From Octopus sinensis (Eukaryota), in contig NW_021833264.1 in NCBI RefSeq assembly GCF_006345805.1, positions 1 to 64,000 of the forward strand: 64,000 nucleotides of DNA. Reading direction: 5' to 3'. Below are positions 23,368-36,680 of the stretch, in pieces. Numbering within the stretch: the stretch's first letter is position 1; every line of letters starts with the position of its first letter. The notes beneath the pieces were generated by a model that did not search any database, was not told where the DNA came from, and saw only the letters and a list, made by a program, of their open reading frames with translations. Position numbers and translations under genes: made by a program.

Positions 23368-23845
23368 CATCATCATCATCATCACCATCATCATCATCCC
23401 CGAGCTAATTCATTGTGGCAAAGTAGTCCGTTTGATCGAACTGAATGTTCATCATCGCAAACGACGGAGATTCTTTCATCTCTGGATGGCGGTAACGATC
23501 GCTCGGCCGGGACACCAATGACGTAATCATAATTACAATGCCATACTAATTACACGCAGATCCTTAAACCCTGGAAACTCAGTTCAAGCAGTTCGAATGT
23601 TACGCTTCTTCCCACCGATCTAATGAACACGATTTGCGCATGCGCATTACTGCGGGGGATTTTTATTTATTTCTTTATTAATTCCGTTTCAGTTTTGTTT
23701 TTTCTATTTTATTCATATTTATTTATTTATTGTAATTTTTTTTTCCTTCGGGACTTGTTTGTTATTTTCTTTTGTTGTATATATTTTATTTTTTTCACTT
23801 CCTCGTGGGGTATTCCGTTTGATATCTATAATGATCGTAATATTT

Positions 23846-24790
23846 GGTGGTGGTGGTGGTGGTGGTGATGGTGGTGGTGTTGGTGTTGGTGGTGATGGTG
23901 GTGGTGTTGGTGGTGGTTGTGGTGGTGGTGGTGGTGGTGGTGGTGGTGGTGGTGGTGATGGTGGTGGTGGTGGTGGTGGTGGTGGTGGTTGCGCTGTGGT
24001 GATGGTGGTTGCGCTAGTGGTGGTGGTGGTGGTGGTGGTAGTGTTGGTGACGGCAGTGGTGGTGATGGTGGTGGTTGTGGTGTGGTGGTGTGGTGGTGAT
24101 GGTGGTGGTGGTGGTGGTGGTGGTGGTGGTGGTGGTGGTGGTGGTGATAGAAGTGGTGGTGGTGGTGATGGTAGTGGTGTTGGTGGTGGTTGTGGTGGTG
24201 GTGGTGGTGGTGGTGGTGATGGTGGTGGTGGTGGTGTTGGTGGTATGGTGGTGGTGTTGGTGGTGGTTGTGGTGGTGGTGGTGGTGGTGGTGTGGTGGTG
24301 TGATGGTGGTGGTGGTGTGGTGGTGGTGGTGGTGGTGTTGCGCTAGTGGTGATGGTGGTTGCGCTAGTGGTGGTGGTGGTGGTGGTGGTAGTGTTGGTGA
24401 CGGCAGTGGTGGTGATGGTGGTGGTGGTGGTGGTGGTGGTGGTGGTGATGGTGGTGGTGGTGGTGGTGGTGGTGGTGGTGGTGGTGGTGGTTGCGCTGGT
24501 GGTGGTGGTTGTGGTGGTGGATGAGGTGACTGTGGTAGTGTTGGTAGTTTTGGTGTTTCTGGTAACGGCTGTGGTGGTGGTGGTGGTTGCGCTGGTGGAG
24601 GTGGTGGTTGAGGTGATTGTTGTAGTGGTGGTAGTTTTGGTGTTTGTGGTGACGGCAGTGGTGGTGGTGGTGGTGGTGATGGTGGTGGTGGTGGTGGTGG
24701 TGGTGGTGATGGTGGTGGTGGTGGTAGTGGTGGTGGTGGTGGCGGTGGCGGTGGTGAATGTAGTGGTTATGGTAGTACTGGTGGTGATGG
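23846..24790. repeat. (GGT)n microsatellite
   Basis: Direct. Confidence 0.95.
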
Positions 24791-24834
24791 TATTTGTACT
24801 TGCTTTATATTTTCTTCTTTCAAGAGAATTATTA

Positions 24835-24881
<47 letters not shown>

Positions 24882-25129
24882 ATATAATGTATCTATACAC
24901 ATATGCACGCACCACACACACCAAGATACGCATATGTATGTAGATGGATACACATATATACATTCGTACATACAAACGGATACACACATGTACATATATG
25001 CAGCATATATATATATATATATAATATATATAGGGGTATCAGCCATCTGAATGTGGCTAGGGACTGGGTGGATGGCTGATACCCCTTACGTTGTCGAGCA
25101 TTACTGTTATATCTCGTTCAGAGATTTAT

Positions 25130-25163
<34 letters not shown>

Positions 25164-25227
25164 GTAAGATATATATATATATATATATATATATATCTAT
25201 ATATATACTATATATATATATATATCT

Positions 25228-25258
<31 letters not shown>

Positions 25259-25267
25259 CTATATACC

Positions 25268-25869
25268 CTCGTAAAAGGCCTCTCCAAGCTTTCCTTTCAT
25301 TTATAATCTTTCTTGCCTCTCTCGCTCCAACGCTTCTAACCACCAAAGCTTTCCTCACTTAATCTACCCATCCTCACAAACCGAGGTCTGCCTCTGGTTC
25401 CGCTGCCTACCACTTCTGCCTTCATCACCCTTCTTACCATCTGCTCCTCATCCATCCTCTACATCATGTGGCCAAAGCACCTCGACATTCATCAATCCAT
25501 TTTGGTTGTTAGTTTTTCTCTCATTCCTAATCGCCTTCGCACCTCTTCATTCCTCATCCTGTCCATCCGTGTCACACCAAACATAGCCCTCAAACATATC
25601 TAGTCGCCTCCTTTCCGCCCCTTTAAATCGCCTCTTACGCCACGCAGGGAATACGGCGACTGCATTCTACCGATCCCTCCACCCACCCGGTCGCAGGGGA
25701 TTTTGCCCGTTAACCCATAGCCGGGACCCTTACAGGTGCTACCACTCCGGGCCAGAGTAGACCTGGGAACAATAGTGGCTAAGCGGTGGTTCCACACTCC
25801 TCAAACCTCGAAAGCAGGGCCCCGGGGTTCCCTACCGGATGTAGTTTATAGTCATACCCAGGACTAAAT
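25268..25869 (-). mobile_element. Bipartite RTE-type element, second copy
   Basis: Shares the actaaat end and internal junction with 20367-20985; small deletion. Confidence 0.85.
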
Positions 25870-25976
25870 TTAAGACATGGTAATTGGAGAAAATGATTGC
25901 TCTCAGATACATGCGTGTCGTCCTGAAACGAATAATAAAAAAGAAAAATGAACGTAAAAGCCAAATCCGTGCAATG

Positions 25977-26712
25977 TGTGTTCCTTCTCAAGCCATGTCT
26001 GGCTCATCAGAGCCGGTTTCCCAGTTTCCTTGGCGTATAGGTTCCCCACCTGGACGGGACGCCGGTCCGTCACAGGTGAGCTGCAAGATGCAGGAGGAAA
26101 GAGTGAGAGAAAGTTGTGGCGAAAGAGTCAGCAGAAGTTCGCCATTACCTTCTGCCGGAGCCGCGTGGAGCTTAGGTGTTTCGCTCATAAACACACACAT
26201 CGCCCGGTCTGAGATTCGAACCCTTGGTGAGCTGCAAGATGCAGGAGGAAAGAGTGAGAGAAAGTTGTGGCGAAAGAGTCAGCAGAAGTTTTGCCATTAC
26301 CTTTTGCCGGAGCCGCGTGGAGCTTAGGTGTTTTCGCTCATAAACACAGACATCGCTCGGTCTGAGATTCGAATCCACAATTCCTCAACTGCAAGTCTAT
26401 TTTTTTCATTTGTTCCTTCTCGAGCCATGCCTGGCTCATAAGGGCCGGTTTCCCTGTTTCCTTGGCGTATAGGTTCCCCACCTGGACGGGACGCCGGTCC
26501 ATCGCAGGTGAGCTGCAAGATGCAGGAGGAAAGAGTGAGAGAAAGTTGTGGCGTAAGAGTCAGCAGAAGTTTCACCATTACCTTCTGCCGGAGCCGCGTG
26601 GAGCTTAGGTGTTTCGCTCATAAACACACACATCGCCCGGTCTGAGATTGGAACTTGTGATCTCTCGACTGCGAGTCCGCTGCTCTAACCACTAGGCCAT
26701 GTGCCTCGACAT
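25977..26712 (-). mobile_element. SINE A2 tandem multimer (3 segments)
   Basis: Single 14-bp TSD aaatccgtgcaatg at 25963 and 26713. Confidence 0.9.
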
Positions 26713-27096
26713 AAATCCGTGCAATGGTTGTGGAGGTTTAAGTTTTGAAAGTAGTTGTCCTTTTAAAATTCGTAAACGTTTTGATTGTGGAAAAATCGAA
26801 CTTAAAAGTTCCCATTGTATAGCGAAACAAAGCAAAAGGGTCAAGCAAAAAAAAAATGCTAGAAAGAATGTATAGTTAACGAAAATTCTAAGCAAGGCTC
26901 AGAAAAGAAAATTTGTCCGTAAAAATGAATAACGTGAATATCAAGTTACAATTGGATACGGACAGTGATATCCCGATAATTAATACAGGTACATGGAGAA
27001 AAAAAGGGAAACCTAGATGAAAGGAAACATTGAAAATTGTGAGAGGTGTTTCAAGAAAAAATTGCATTTTATGGGCGAAGTGATAAGTGATGTTAC

Positions 27097-27275
27097 ATTT
27101 AGCGGTATTTCGTCTGTCGTTACGTTCTGAGTTCGAATTCCGCCGAGGTTGACTTTGTCTTTCATCCTTTCGAGGTCGATAAATAAAGTACCAGTTTCGC
27201 ACTGGGGTCGATGTAATCGACTTAATCCCTTTGTCTGTCCTTGTTTGTCCCCTCTATGTTTAGCCCCTTGTGGGT
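27097..27275 (+). mobile_element. SINE family D
   Basis: ttagcggtatttcgtctg...gccccttgtgggtag. Confidence 0.88.
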
Positions 27276-28160
27276 AGTATAATAATAACATTTCGTGCGA
27301 AAACGTCGAAAGCCTTGTGTTGAAAAATACGACAAATTTATTTGGAACAGACTGGATGGAACTATTTAACTTTTGGGACCTACCCATAAATATTTTTTGT
27401 AAGAATGTAAGTGGTTCTTCCGTCAGGACAAATAAGGCTTCGGAGAATTAAAAGAAAGAATTAAAACAAATTTTTCCTGAAGTTATATCTATGGCGAATT
27501 TTCAAGTGAAAGAAAATTCTATAGTGGTATTTAAACCAAAAAGAACGCCACCTTTCGCAGCGTTGAAACAAGTCAACGAAGAATTCCAATTCTTCAACGA
27601 AGAATTCCAATTCTTCGTTGACTTGAAGAGTTGAAGAATTCTTCGTAGACTTGAAAAGCTTGGCGTTATTGAAAAAATTGATTTTACACAAAAGGGGCGT
27701 CCCCAACAGTTTATGTCAAGAAAAAAAAATCCGAGTATACGCTGATTTTTCAACAGGATTAAACGAATGTTTGATGCCATGTAATTACCTGTTACCAATT
27801 CCGGAAGAAATTTTCCCGAAATTGAATGGAGGAAAAAATTTTTCAAAGTTGGGCCTATCTTCAGATGTTTGCAAGGAATGTTCAAATTTATTGAGAATAA
27901 ATACCCGTAAAGGGCTGTATAAATTTAATCGACTCCCATTTGGTATAAAGGTAGCACCTGGCATTTTCCAACAAATTATGGACATTATTCTCGGAGGTTC
28001 GGATTTCGCTGTAGCTTAACTTCACGACATATCCATAAAAAGGGAATCTCGTGGTCAGCATGCTGAGCATATTAAAAAGGTTTTCGAAAGAATAAAAGAT
28101 TATGGGTTCAAGCTTAGTTAAGAAAAGTGTGAATTTTTTACGCCAAGAATAAAATATCTA

Positions 28161-28383
28161 CTCTTTTACTCTTTTACTTGTTTCAGTCATTTGACTGCGG
28201 CCATGCTGGGGCACCGCCTTTAGTCGAGCAAATCGACCCCGGGACTTATTCTTTGTAAGCCCAGTACTTATTCTATCGGTCTATTTTGCCGAACTGCTAA
28301 GTTACAGGAACGTAAACACACCAGCATCGGTTGTCAAGCAATGCTAGGGGAACAAACACAGACACACAAACACACACACATAC

Positions 28384-28444
<61 letters not shown>

Positions 28445-28598
28445 CGACAGGCTTCTTTCAGTTTCTGTCTACCAAATCCACTCACAAGGCATTGGTCGGC
28501 TCGGGGCTATAGCAGAAGACACTTGCCCAAGATGCCACGCAGTGGGACTGAACCCGGAACCATGTGGTTGGTTAGCAAGTTACTTACCACACAGCCAC
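28161..28598 (-). mobile_element. SINE family B inserted in Gypsy RT
   Basis: Splits the IKYL|GQII motif. Confidence 0.9.
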
Positions 28599-28697
28599 GG
28601 GGCAGATTATTGACGAAAATGGACGCAGACCAGAACCGTCTAAGGCGAGTACAATAAAAAGGGAGAAATAGAAAATGGAAAAGAATAATGTGTAGAG

Positions 28698-28745
28698 ATT
28701 GGTCAAAGGATCGGCAGTCACGTGCACAGACCGGAAATGACGTCA
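28698..28745. promoter_or_regulatory. Candidate promoter motif cluster (CCAAT, E-box, overlapping ETS-CRE)
   Basis: ATTGG 28698, GTCACGTG 28717, CCGGAAATGACGTCA 28731. Confidence 0.35.
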
Positions 28746-28779
28746 GCATTCTTACATACTCTACCTTTGCTTTTTATCT

Positions 28780-29058
28780 AACCTCGCCAACAGTGTGTGT
28801 GTGTGTGTGTGTTTGTTGTTTCTTTACGTGTACGTTTGTGTGTGTGTGTCTGTCTGCATGGCAGTGTATGGATTTAGATGTGTTAATATAGAGCTACTTA
28901 TACATAGATGCATGTGTGTGTACATATACACGTGTGTGTGTGTGTGTGTGTGTGTCTGTATTTGCGTGAGTGTGTCATATTTTTTATGTCGATATCAATG
29001 TGTATGAGTTTTATGCAGTTTGAATTTTGAAATATATATACACAAATACACTAATATT

Positions 29059-29095
<37 letters not shown>

Positions 29096-29215
29096 GTGCA
29101 TATGTATATACACACACTTGTATATATATATATATATATACACATATATACACACATACACACACACACATATATATACACACATACGCATATATATATA
29201 TGCACACACTTACGT

Positions 29216-29247
<32 letters not shown>

Positions 29248-29255
29248 CAATAGAC

Positions 29256-29302
<47 letters not shown>

Positions 29303-29616
29303 TGTATGTGTGCGTATATGTGTATATGTATATATATTTGTGTGTATGTATATGTATATATATATATATATATATGCATAAGTATATGTGTGGGTATATG
29401 TGCCTGTGTGTATAACGCTTGTGCGTGTATGTGAATGTGTGTATATGTACTAAAGAGATCACTCCATCTTCTAAGGTTTCTCTTAATTTGTTTCCCCTAA
29501 TTTAACCATCAAATGTGCATTTGCAACTAAACGTTCGTGCACTGCAGTCAACGTATCTATTTTATTTTCATTTTGTTTTTGCCGCAGACATTTTTGATAA
29601 AATTTACGAACACACA

Positions 29617-29669
<53 letters not shown>

Positions 29670-29876
29670 CTTATTTGCACATATTTATAGATAAATACAT
29701 ATACATACACACACGTATGCGCACGCTTCTGTCTGTATATATGTGTGTATGTATGTGCGTGTTTGTGTGTGACGCCGTGTGTGTGTGTTCTTAGAAACGT
29801 GCATATATATTTATATACATATATGCATATATAATTATATGTGGTGTGTGTGTGTGTGTGTGTGTGAGCATAGTGA

Positions 29877-29931
<55 letters not shown>

Positions 29932-30180
29932 GATATAAATATACATGGAAATATGTATGTATGTGTATATAATATGTATATATATATATATATATATATA
30001 AATGCATATATAAATATACAAACACATATATATATATATATTATGTATACGCATATACTGACGTGTGCGTGTGGGTGTGTGTGTGAGTACGTGTGGGTGG
30101 GTGTGTGTGGGTACGTGTACGAGTGGAAGGGGTGGGTATGTCTGTGTGTCTGCGCAGGGGTAGGTATGTATACATGAACT
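28780..30180. repeat. (TG)n/(TA)n/(CA)n compound tracts
   Basis: Direct. Confidence 0.85.
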
Positions 30181-30237
30181 TATGTAATTGACTCGCACTT
30201 GCATTTTGTACACACAAACTTCCGTTTCATATTATTA

Positions 30238-30298
<61 letters not shown>

Positions 30299-30302
30299 CA
30301 TT

Positions 30303-30333
<31 letters not shown>

Positions 30334-30341
30334 TTATTATT

Positions 30342-30893
30342 GAGTGAGAGAGCAGTGCATGCCATCAAAGTGACACTGGGGTAAAATATACGAAGCTCAA
30401 TATACCCATCATGACTACCCGTCTGATAAGGGTACACCAGACACATGCATCACAACCATATGTGCGCGACATGGTGATCTCATATCAAGATAAACAGCAC
30501 ATGACCTTGCAGGTGGGGCCCAGTTAGAATTTTCTTCAGGTTGAGTAGCCCATCCAGCTCAAAAGGTCACTGAATAAGGCTTGTTTAAGGATGTTGAAAG
30601 AACCACCCATGTTTCCAGAGGTGAATTATTCAAACCCCAAAGAATCCCTCTCAACACATGGCTATGATGCTCCCCCACTACTTCTGCTCGTGATCAGAGA
30701 TGCACATATCGTCAGCCACCAAGGGACATGCTCAACTGGTTAAGGTCAAACAACTGACAAGCAAATCTGTGGTATTGAGCAGAATATTTGTTGTAGCCCA
30801 TCTGTTATACCAAGACAAAACAATGTATATGATAACACTTCAATCAGTAAGATCAGAAGCCATGGGAGCCACTGCCTGGTACTGCATCAGGGC
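30342..30893 (-). mobile_element. Element E, full length (552 bp)
   Basis: Embedded in (TTA)n; same termini as 22423-22967. Confidence 0.85.
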
Positions 30894-30897
30894 ATTA

Positions 30898-30937
<40 letters not shown>

Positions 30938-31067
30938 TGTATTATTATTATATTATTATTATTATTATTAATATTATATTATTATCATTATTATATTATT
31001 ATTATTATATTATTATTATTATTATTATTATTATCATTAATATTATTATCATTGTTATAATCATTTA

Positions 31068-31105
<38 letters not shown>

Positions 31106-31147
31106 ATCATCTCATCCTCATCATCATCATTATTATTATTATTATTA

Positions 31148-31180
<33 letters not shown>

Positions 31181-31186
31181 TTTTAC

Positions 31187-31234
<48 letters not shown>

Positions 31235-31389
31235 TATATCATTATATATTATTATCATTATATTATTATACTATTTTATTATTATTATTATTTTATTATT
31301 ATTATTATTATTATATATTATTATGATTATCATTATTATTATTATTATTATATTATTATTATTATCATTATTATTCTTATTAAATTATC

Positions 31390-31422
<33 letters not shown>

Positions 31423-31475
31423 GTTATCATTATTATTATTATTATTATCATTATTATTATTTTTATTATTATTAT
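30894..31475. repeat. (TTA/TCA)n microsatellite
   Basis: Direct. Confidence 0.95.
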
Positions 31476-32173
31476 GTGAGTTTGTAAAATCGATAGAGAT
31501 GGCGAAGAATGTAACTTGTGGTTGCTTTATTTCATCCCCCTCGAGGTTCCCAAGTTCAAAATATTTCGATGTTAGTCTTACCTTTCATTCTACCTAAGCG
31601 GAGTTTTTTTAATTGATTTTTGGGGCTATCTAACCCTGGGCCGGCACTGATCCATTTCACTTATAAAAAACGTTTCTGCTGTGCTCAGTAAATTTCAACT
31701 TACTATACTCTAAATCAGGGGTTGGGGGACTTTTTTTATCCAATTACCCCAAAATATATATATTTATGCGAACGTTACCCTCTTGATTTGAAAGGAAGAA
31801 AATCATAAATTATTTATATGGAGAGTACAATTATAAATATAAAAAGTATAAAACAAATGAGATAAAATAAATTAATATCCTCATTATGAAACAAAAGGGT
31901 TTTTCTAGAAACTTTTTCGCTTCAGGTTTTGGAGAAATGATGTTGTTTCATTTTTGTTATAATTATTTCAAAATTGGGGCATTTTGATGCCAGAGCAATT
32001 TGGATACATATATATATGCATATATATATATATGTGCGTATATATATATATATATATAATCATATACATATATCCATATAAATATATATGATATATATGC
32101 ATATATATGTATATATACAAATATATGCATATGTATATATATATGTATATATATATATAAGCATATATATATA

Positions 32174-32471
32174 TCACCGTGAACGACCAGGCTATCAGAC
32201 ACATCGCTGGTCACAATGCGCTTCGCATTGTTTTAGCTTTGAAATGACGCCACCCCGCTGACTAAGCGAGAAGGCCATACAGAAGAAAGAGTGGGAGAAA
32301 GTTGTAGCGAAAGAAGAGTACAGCAGGGATCGCCACCACCCCCTGCCGGAGCCTCGTGGAGCTTTACGTGTTTTCGCTCAATAAACACTCACAACGCCCG
32401 GTCTTGGAATCGAAACCGCGATCCTACGATCGCGAGTCCGGTGCCCTAACCACTGGGCCATTGCACCTCCA
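32174..32471 (-). mobile_element. SINE family A3 (A head, third tail type)
   Basis: A head and body, then tail ...gcgaagcgcattgtgaccagcgatg...ctggtcgttcacggtga ending in (TA)n. Confidence 0.82.
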
Positions 32472-33289
32472 CGCATATATATATACATATATATTTATGC
32501 ATATATATATGAATATCTATATATATATGTGCATATATATATGCACATATATATATATAATGTGCATATATACATATATATATATGCATATATATATACA
32601 TGCATATATATATATGTGCATGTATATACACCCCATGCACCCCCACAAACTACACCAATATGAACAACGCCAAGGCCCATACACAAACCACAAACAACAA
32701 CAAAAATAACCGCAACAGTAATACCGACAAACTGATATTAAATATGATTAACAATATTAACAAAACTAATAACACATATACGCAAATAAGTCCCCAAATA
32801 ACATCAGCTACAAAAATAATAGTATAAACCTATACATTGGCATCTATAAAAACTAAATTCACCCAACGAACTAATATGAACCCTAATAATAGCAAAAAAC
32901 CAGGCCCTTGAACCCACACGAACCCTACGATAATAACACTAATAGGACAGACAAGAGCAACACGAAAGTGAAGCATAACTATGGATATAACCAAGATACA
33001 TACAACCATAACTTCACACGAATCACAAACAAGGAGGGAAGCTACTATACTAGAAAAGGCAACACAAGAAATAAACAAAATAGCGATAATATGTGGCTCA
33101 TAATCCCCTACAGCATGCACCTCAAATCAAATATAGTTCGCTCATTAATGAAAATCATAGACAAACAACTAAACATTAATAATAAATAGACAGAATTATT
33201 TAGGAATAAAATCAGAATAGGCCACAGTGTATTGACTGATCAATTAGGTAAATAGTAATTAAAGTGAGGTTCTCCTGGACATTATTGTG

Positions 33290-33490
33290 TTCGAATCCTA
33301 GCGCACACAGGGCTTCCGTGGTGTACATGTAACCGAGATCCCAACATTCCTCTTCTGATGGGACGCCAGTCCATCACAGGGTTACTCGATTCCGGTTGAA
33401 TGGACTGGAGCAAGGCATAGTCCGGGAATCGAAGACACTATTTTGCTGTCGTGAGTGCAACATTCGAATCACTAGACCACGGGCCTTCAC
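33290..33490 (-). mobile_element. Diverged tRNA-headed SINE
   Basis: Minus: GTGAAGGCCCGTGGTCTAGTG..TTCGATTCCC..CCCTGTGATGGACTGGCGTCCCATC. Confidence 0.6.
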
Positions 33491-33502
33491 AATTAGTTAA
33501 GT

Positions 33503-33703
33503 CAGTGCTTTTCAAACGTTTTGCTGGAGCGGAACCCCAAGGAAACATTCCACTGGCTCGAGGAACCCCTGTGCAATAATTTAATAGTTTTATGCACACA
33601 TATCTGCACAGTAGAATTTAAAATTACTGCTGATTTTAGCAGTTTTGTAACTTCTTGCGGAACCCCTGGACTGTACTGGCGGAACCCTGGTTGAAAACCA
33701 CTG
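33503..33703. mobile_element. hAT-type MITE
   Basis: TIRs CAGTGCTTTTCAAAC / GTTGAAAACCACTG; 8-bp TSD agttaagt. Confidence 0.9.
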
Positions 33704-34444
33704 AGTTAAGTACTAGGATGGTTATTTTCTTTTAAGGATTATTAAAGGAAATATATCTAATACGGGTATCTGATGAACTTCGTAGCAAGAATTTACCACA
33801 AGCATGCAACAAAGTTAATTTGACGCATATTCTAGAAACTGCTTCTTCTAAAATGTTAAATTCTACCAAAGAGAATCTGTGCCGCTAGCTGGAAAATAAG
33901 AACTAAATTGAAAGAGTGGAGTGGGGCAATATTTTAAGTTACACTAATTCTAAATCTAACAAAGAGACGTAGGAGTTTAGAGAAGAAAAACTAAAATGGC
34001 AATGCATCAGCATGGCCACAGCTCGTGAGCTGAAACTGGATGAAAAAAAAGGGGGGAAAAACATTCTAACACGTTAGTGAATGTACGGAGATTCATAACA
34101 AACAGTACAGAATTGCTAGAAACTAGCAGAAATAAGACACATTGGAAATAAATGGAAAACTACTGGCTTATCATGAAAAGAGATAAGCTCCCAGCGCACA
34201 AACGCACACAACACATGAAACCTTACAAAAGAAAAAGTGCAATACAACAGAAAGGATCATTGAATAATTGAACTTTTTAAATATACAATGAAAATGACAT
34301 AGACTCCCAGTAAACATGATAACAATGAAGTGCAACGTAAGAAAAACAATATACGTAAAAGAAATCAAAAACGAAGATGAAGATTGCAGAAGCTTTGTGG
34401 ACACATTCAAGAAAACAAGCAGGCATCATTAAAAAAAGAATACT

Positions 34445-34862
34445 TAGGCGCAGGAGTGGCTGTGTGTAAGTAGCTTGTTTACCAACCACATGATTCCGGG
34501 TTCAGTCCCACTGCGTGGCATCTTGGGCAAGTGTCTTCTACTATAGCCTCGGGCCGACCAAAGCCTTGTGAGTGGATTTGGTATACGGAAACTGAAAGAA
34601 GCCCGTCGTATATATGTATATATATATATGTATATATGTATGTGTGTGTATGTGTTTGTGTGTCTGTGTTTGTTCCCTAGCATTGCTTGACAACCGATGC
34701 TGGTGTGTCTACGTCCCCTTCACTTAGCGGTTCGCCAAAAGAGACCAATAGAATAAGAACTGGGCTTACAAAGAATAAGTCCCGGGGTCGATTTGATCGA
34801 CTAAAGGCGGTGCTCCAACATGGCCGCAGTCAAATGACTGAAACAAGTAAAAGAATAAAAGA
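34445..34862 (+). mobile_element. SINE family B
   Basis: Full length. Confidence 0.9.
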
Positions 34863-35469
34863 AAACAATTGTTGTCTTTTATGAAGTTTGCTTCCCAACC
34901 ACGTGGTTCTGAATTCACTCCTACTGCGTGGTACCTTGGGCAGGTGTTCTCTACTATAGCCTCAGGCCGACCAAGACCTTGTATGTGGATTTGGTAAAAG
35001 GAAACTGAAAGAAACCCTCGTGTACTATTTATTCGTCACAACAATTAACAATAAACAGAATACAAACTTACATCACAATATATCAACTAGTGTTAACATT
35101 ATGATAAAAACGTAACGAAAACAATATAGAAAATAGAAGAAATCGTAACAAAATCGATAAATACGAATCAGCGAACGGAAACCTCTACCCCAGCTATATA
35201 CGAACAAGCAACTCCATTAAGAAATAACTTAGCATGACAGGAAGAAATGACCCTATCCATAGAAACAAACTGTCTGAATATCGATAGATTTAATGATTTA
35301 ATCTAGCTTATAGATATTATATGTTCAAGAAAAACGAAGTTTTGGTTCCAATAAAAGAAAGCCCTCCGCAGTCAAATTCATTGGTAAAAGCACCGCAAGT
35401 GAAGATCCAACATAGATAAACTTGAAAATATAAATATGAAATCAAAACCATGACTAAAACAGGGCCTAG

Positions 35470-35825
35470 CTTGAGAGGCGGTTGGATGGAACCTACACTC
35501 GCCTCCTTATGAGAGCTCAAAATATCTCGTGGAAGCACCATCCAACCAAAATGCAAATATATGGGAAATTACCACCTGTGTCATCCCTTGTGAAAGGTAG
35601 GAGAGTCTAGTTTGCTGGACATTGTTGTAGAGCTGAAAAAGAAGTAATTTCTACTCTTCTTCTCTGGAAGCCATCTACTCGCAATGCCAGAGGGCGCACA
35701 CTCTCCTACTCTGATGTAATCTCCAGGGATACAGGCATCCAGCAACAGGACCTCCGTAATGCTATGATGGACCGTGAAGTCTGGCGCAACATGGTAAATT
35801 CCATTGTCTCGACCACGGTCGAACA
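35470..35825 (+). mobile_element. RTE-clade LINE 3' fragment
   Basis: LERRLDGTYTRLLMRAQNISWKHHPTK..LPPVSSLVKGRRV*FAGHC..RGRTLSYSDVISRD..MMDREVWR, then an A-rich tail. Confidence 0.8.
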
Positions 35826-35961
35826 AAAAAAAAAAAAACAAAAAAACATGGGAAGGGCTCAAAAGACAGAAAACAACCAAAGATTATAAGATGAATGTTT
35901 AAAAACTGGACACTTTCTGGAAGTGAAAGAAAAATCTAACCATTTTCATATTTCAGTGGAA

Positions 35962-36345
35962 TGGAAGCACTCCGTCGGTTCCGACGACGAGGGTTCCGGT
36001 TGATCCGATCAACGGAACAGCCTGCTCGTGAAATTAACGTACAAGTGGCTGAGCACTCCACAGACACGTGTACCCTTAACGTAGTTCTCGGGGATATTCA
36101 GCGTGACACAGAGAGTGACAAGGCCGGCCCTTTGAAATACAGGTATGACAGAAACAGGAAGTAAGAGTGAGAGAAAGTTGTGGTGAAAGAGTACAGCAGG
36201 GATCACCACCATCCCCTGCCGGAGCCTCGTGGAGCTTTTAGGTGTTTTCGCTCAATAAACACTCACAACGCCCGGTCTGGGAATCGAAACCGCGATCCTG
36301 CGACCGCGAGTCCGCTGCCCTAACCACTAGGCCAATGCGCCTCCA
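35962..36345 (-). mobile_element. SINE A1, full length
   Basis: Colinear with 15001-15384; near-TSD catattt(c/t)agt. Confidence 0.9.
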
Positions 36346-36394
36346 CATATTTTAGTAATGACGATGCCAGTGTTCATACATTGTCATTATACTT

Positions 36395-36599
36395 TTGTTT
36401 TTGCTTTTTTCAGCCATTCGACTGCCGCCATGCTGGGGCACCGCCTTGAGGAATTTCAAACGAACTAGTACACCCCAGAACTTAAGTTTGTTTATGAGCC
36501 TGGTGCTTAGACTATCGGCCTCTTTTTACCGAATCGATAACTTACGGGAATGTAAACACACCAACACCGTTTGTCAAGCGTTGGCAGGAGACAAATGCG

Positions 36600-36680
<81 letters not shown>

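Larger units (their letters stand above)
25870..28660 (+). pseudogene. Decayed Ty3/Gypsy LTR retrotransposon gag-pol, interrupted by three SINE insertions
   Basis: gag knuckle (NPCNGCGG..SSCPFK...DCGK..KSSHC), protease (IKLQLDTDSDI.IIN), RT (RVYADFSTGLN..NGGKNFSK..RLPFGIKVAPGIFQQIMD..EKCEFF.PRIKYL then GQIIDENGRRPEPSKASTIK). Confidence 0.88.

Noticed and set aside
30418-30896. HDV-like ribozyme at the 5' end of element E
   Set aside because: No good P1 partner or L3 motif found by eye.
31716-31990. hAT MITE starting CAGGGGTTGGGGGAC
   Set aside because: No matching right TIR or TSD found.
32830-33120. Confident NUMT call
   Set aside because: No recognisable mitochondrial protein motif; kept only as an open finding.
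34140-34440. LINE ORF relic
   Set aside because: A-rich with multiple stops and no diagnostic motif.
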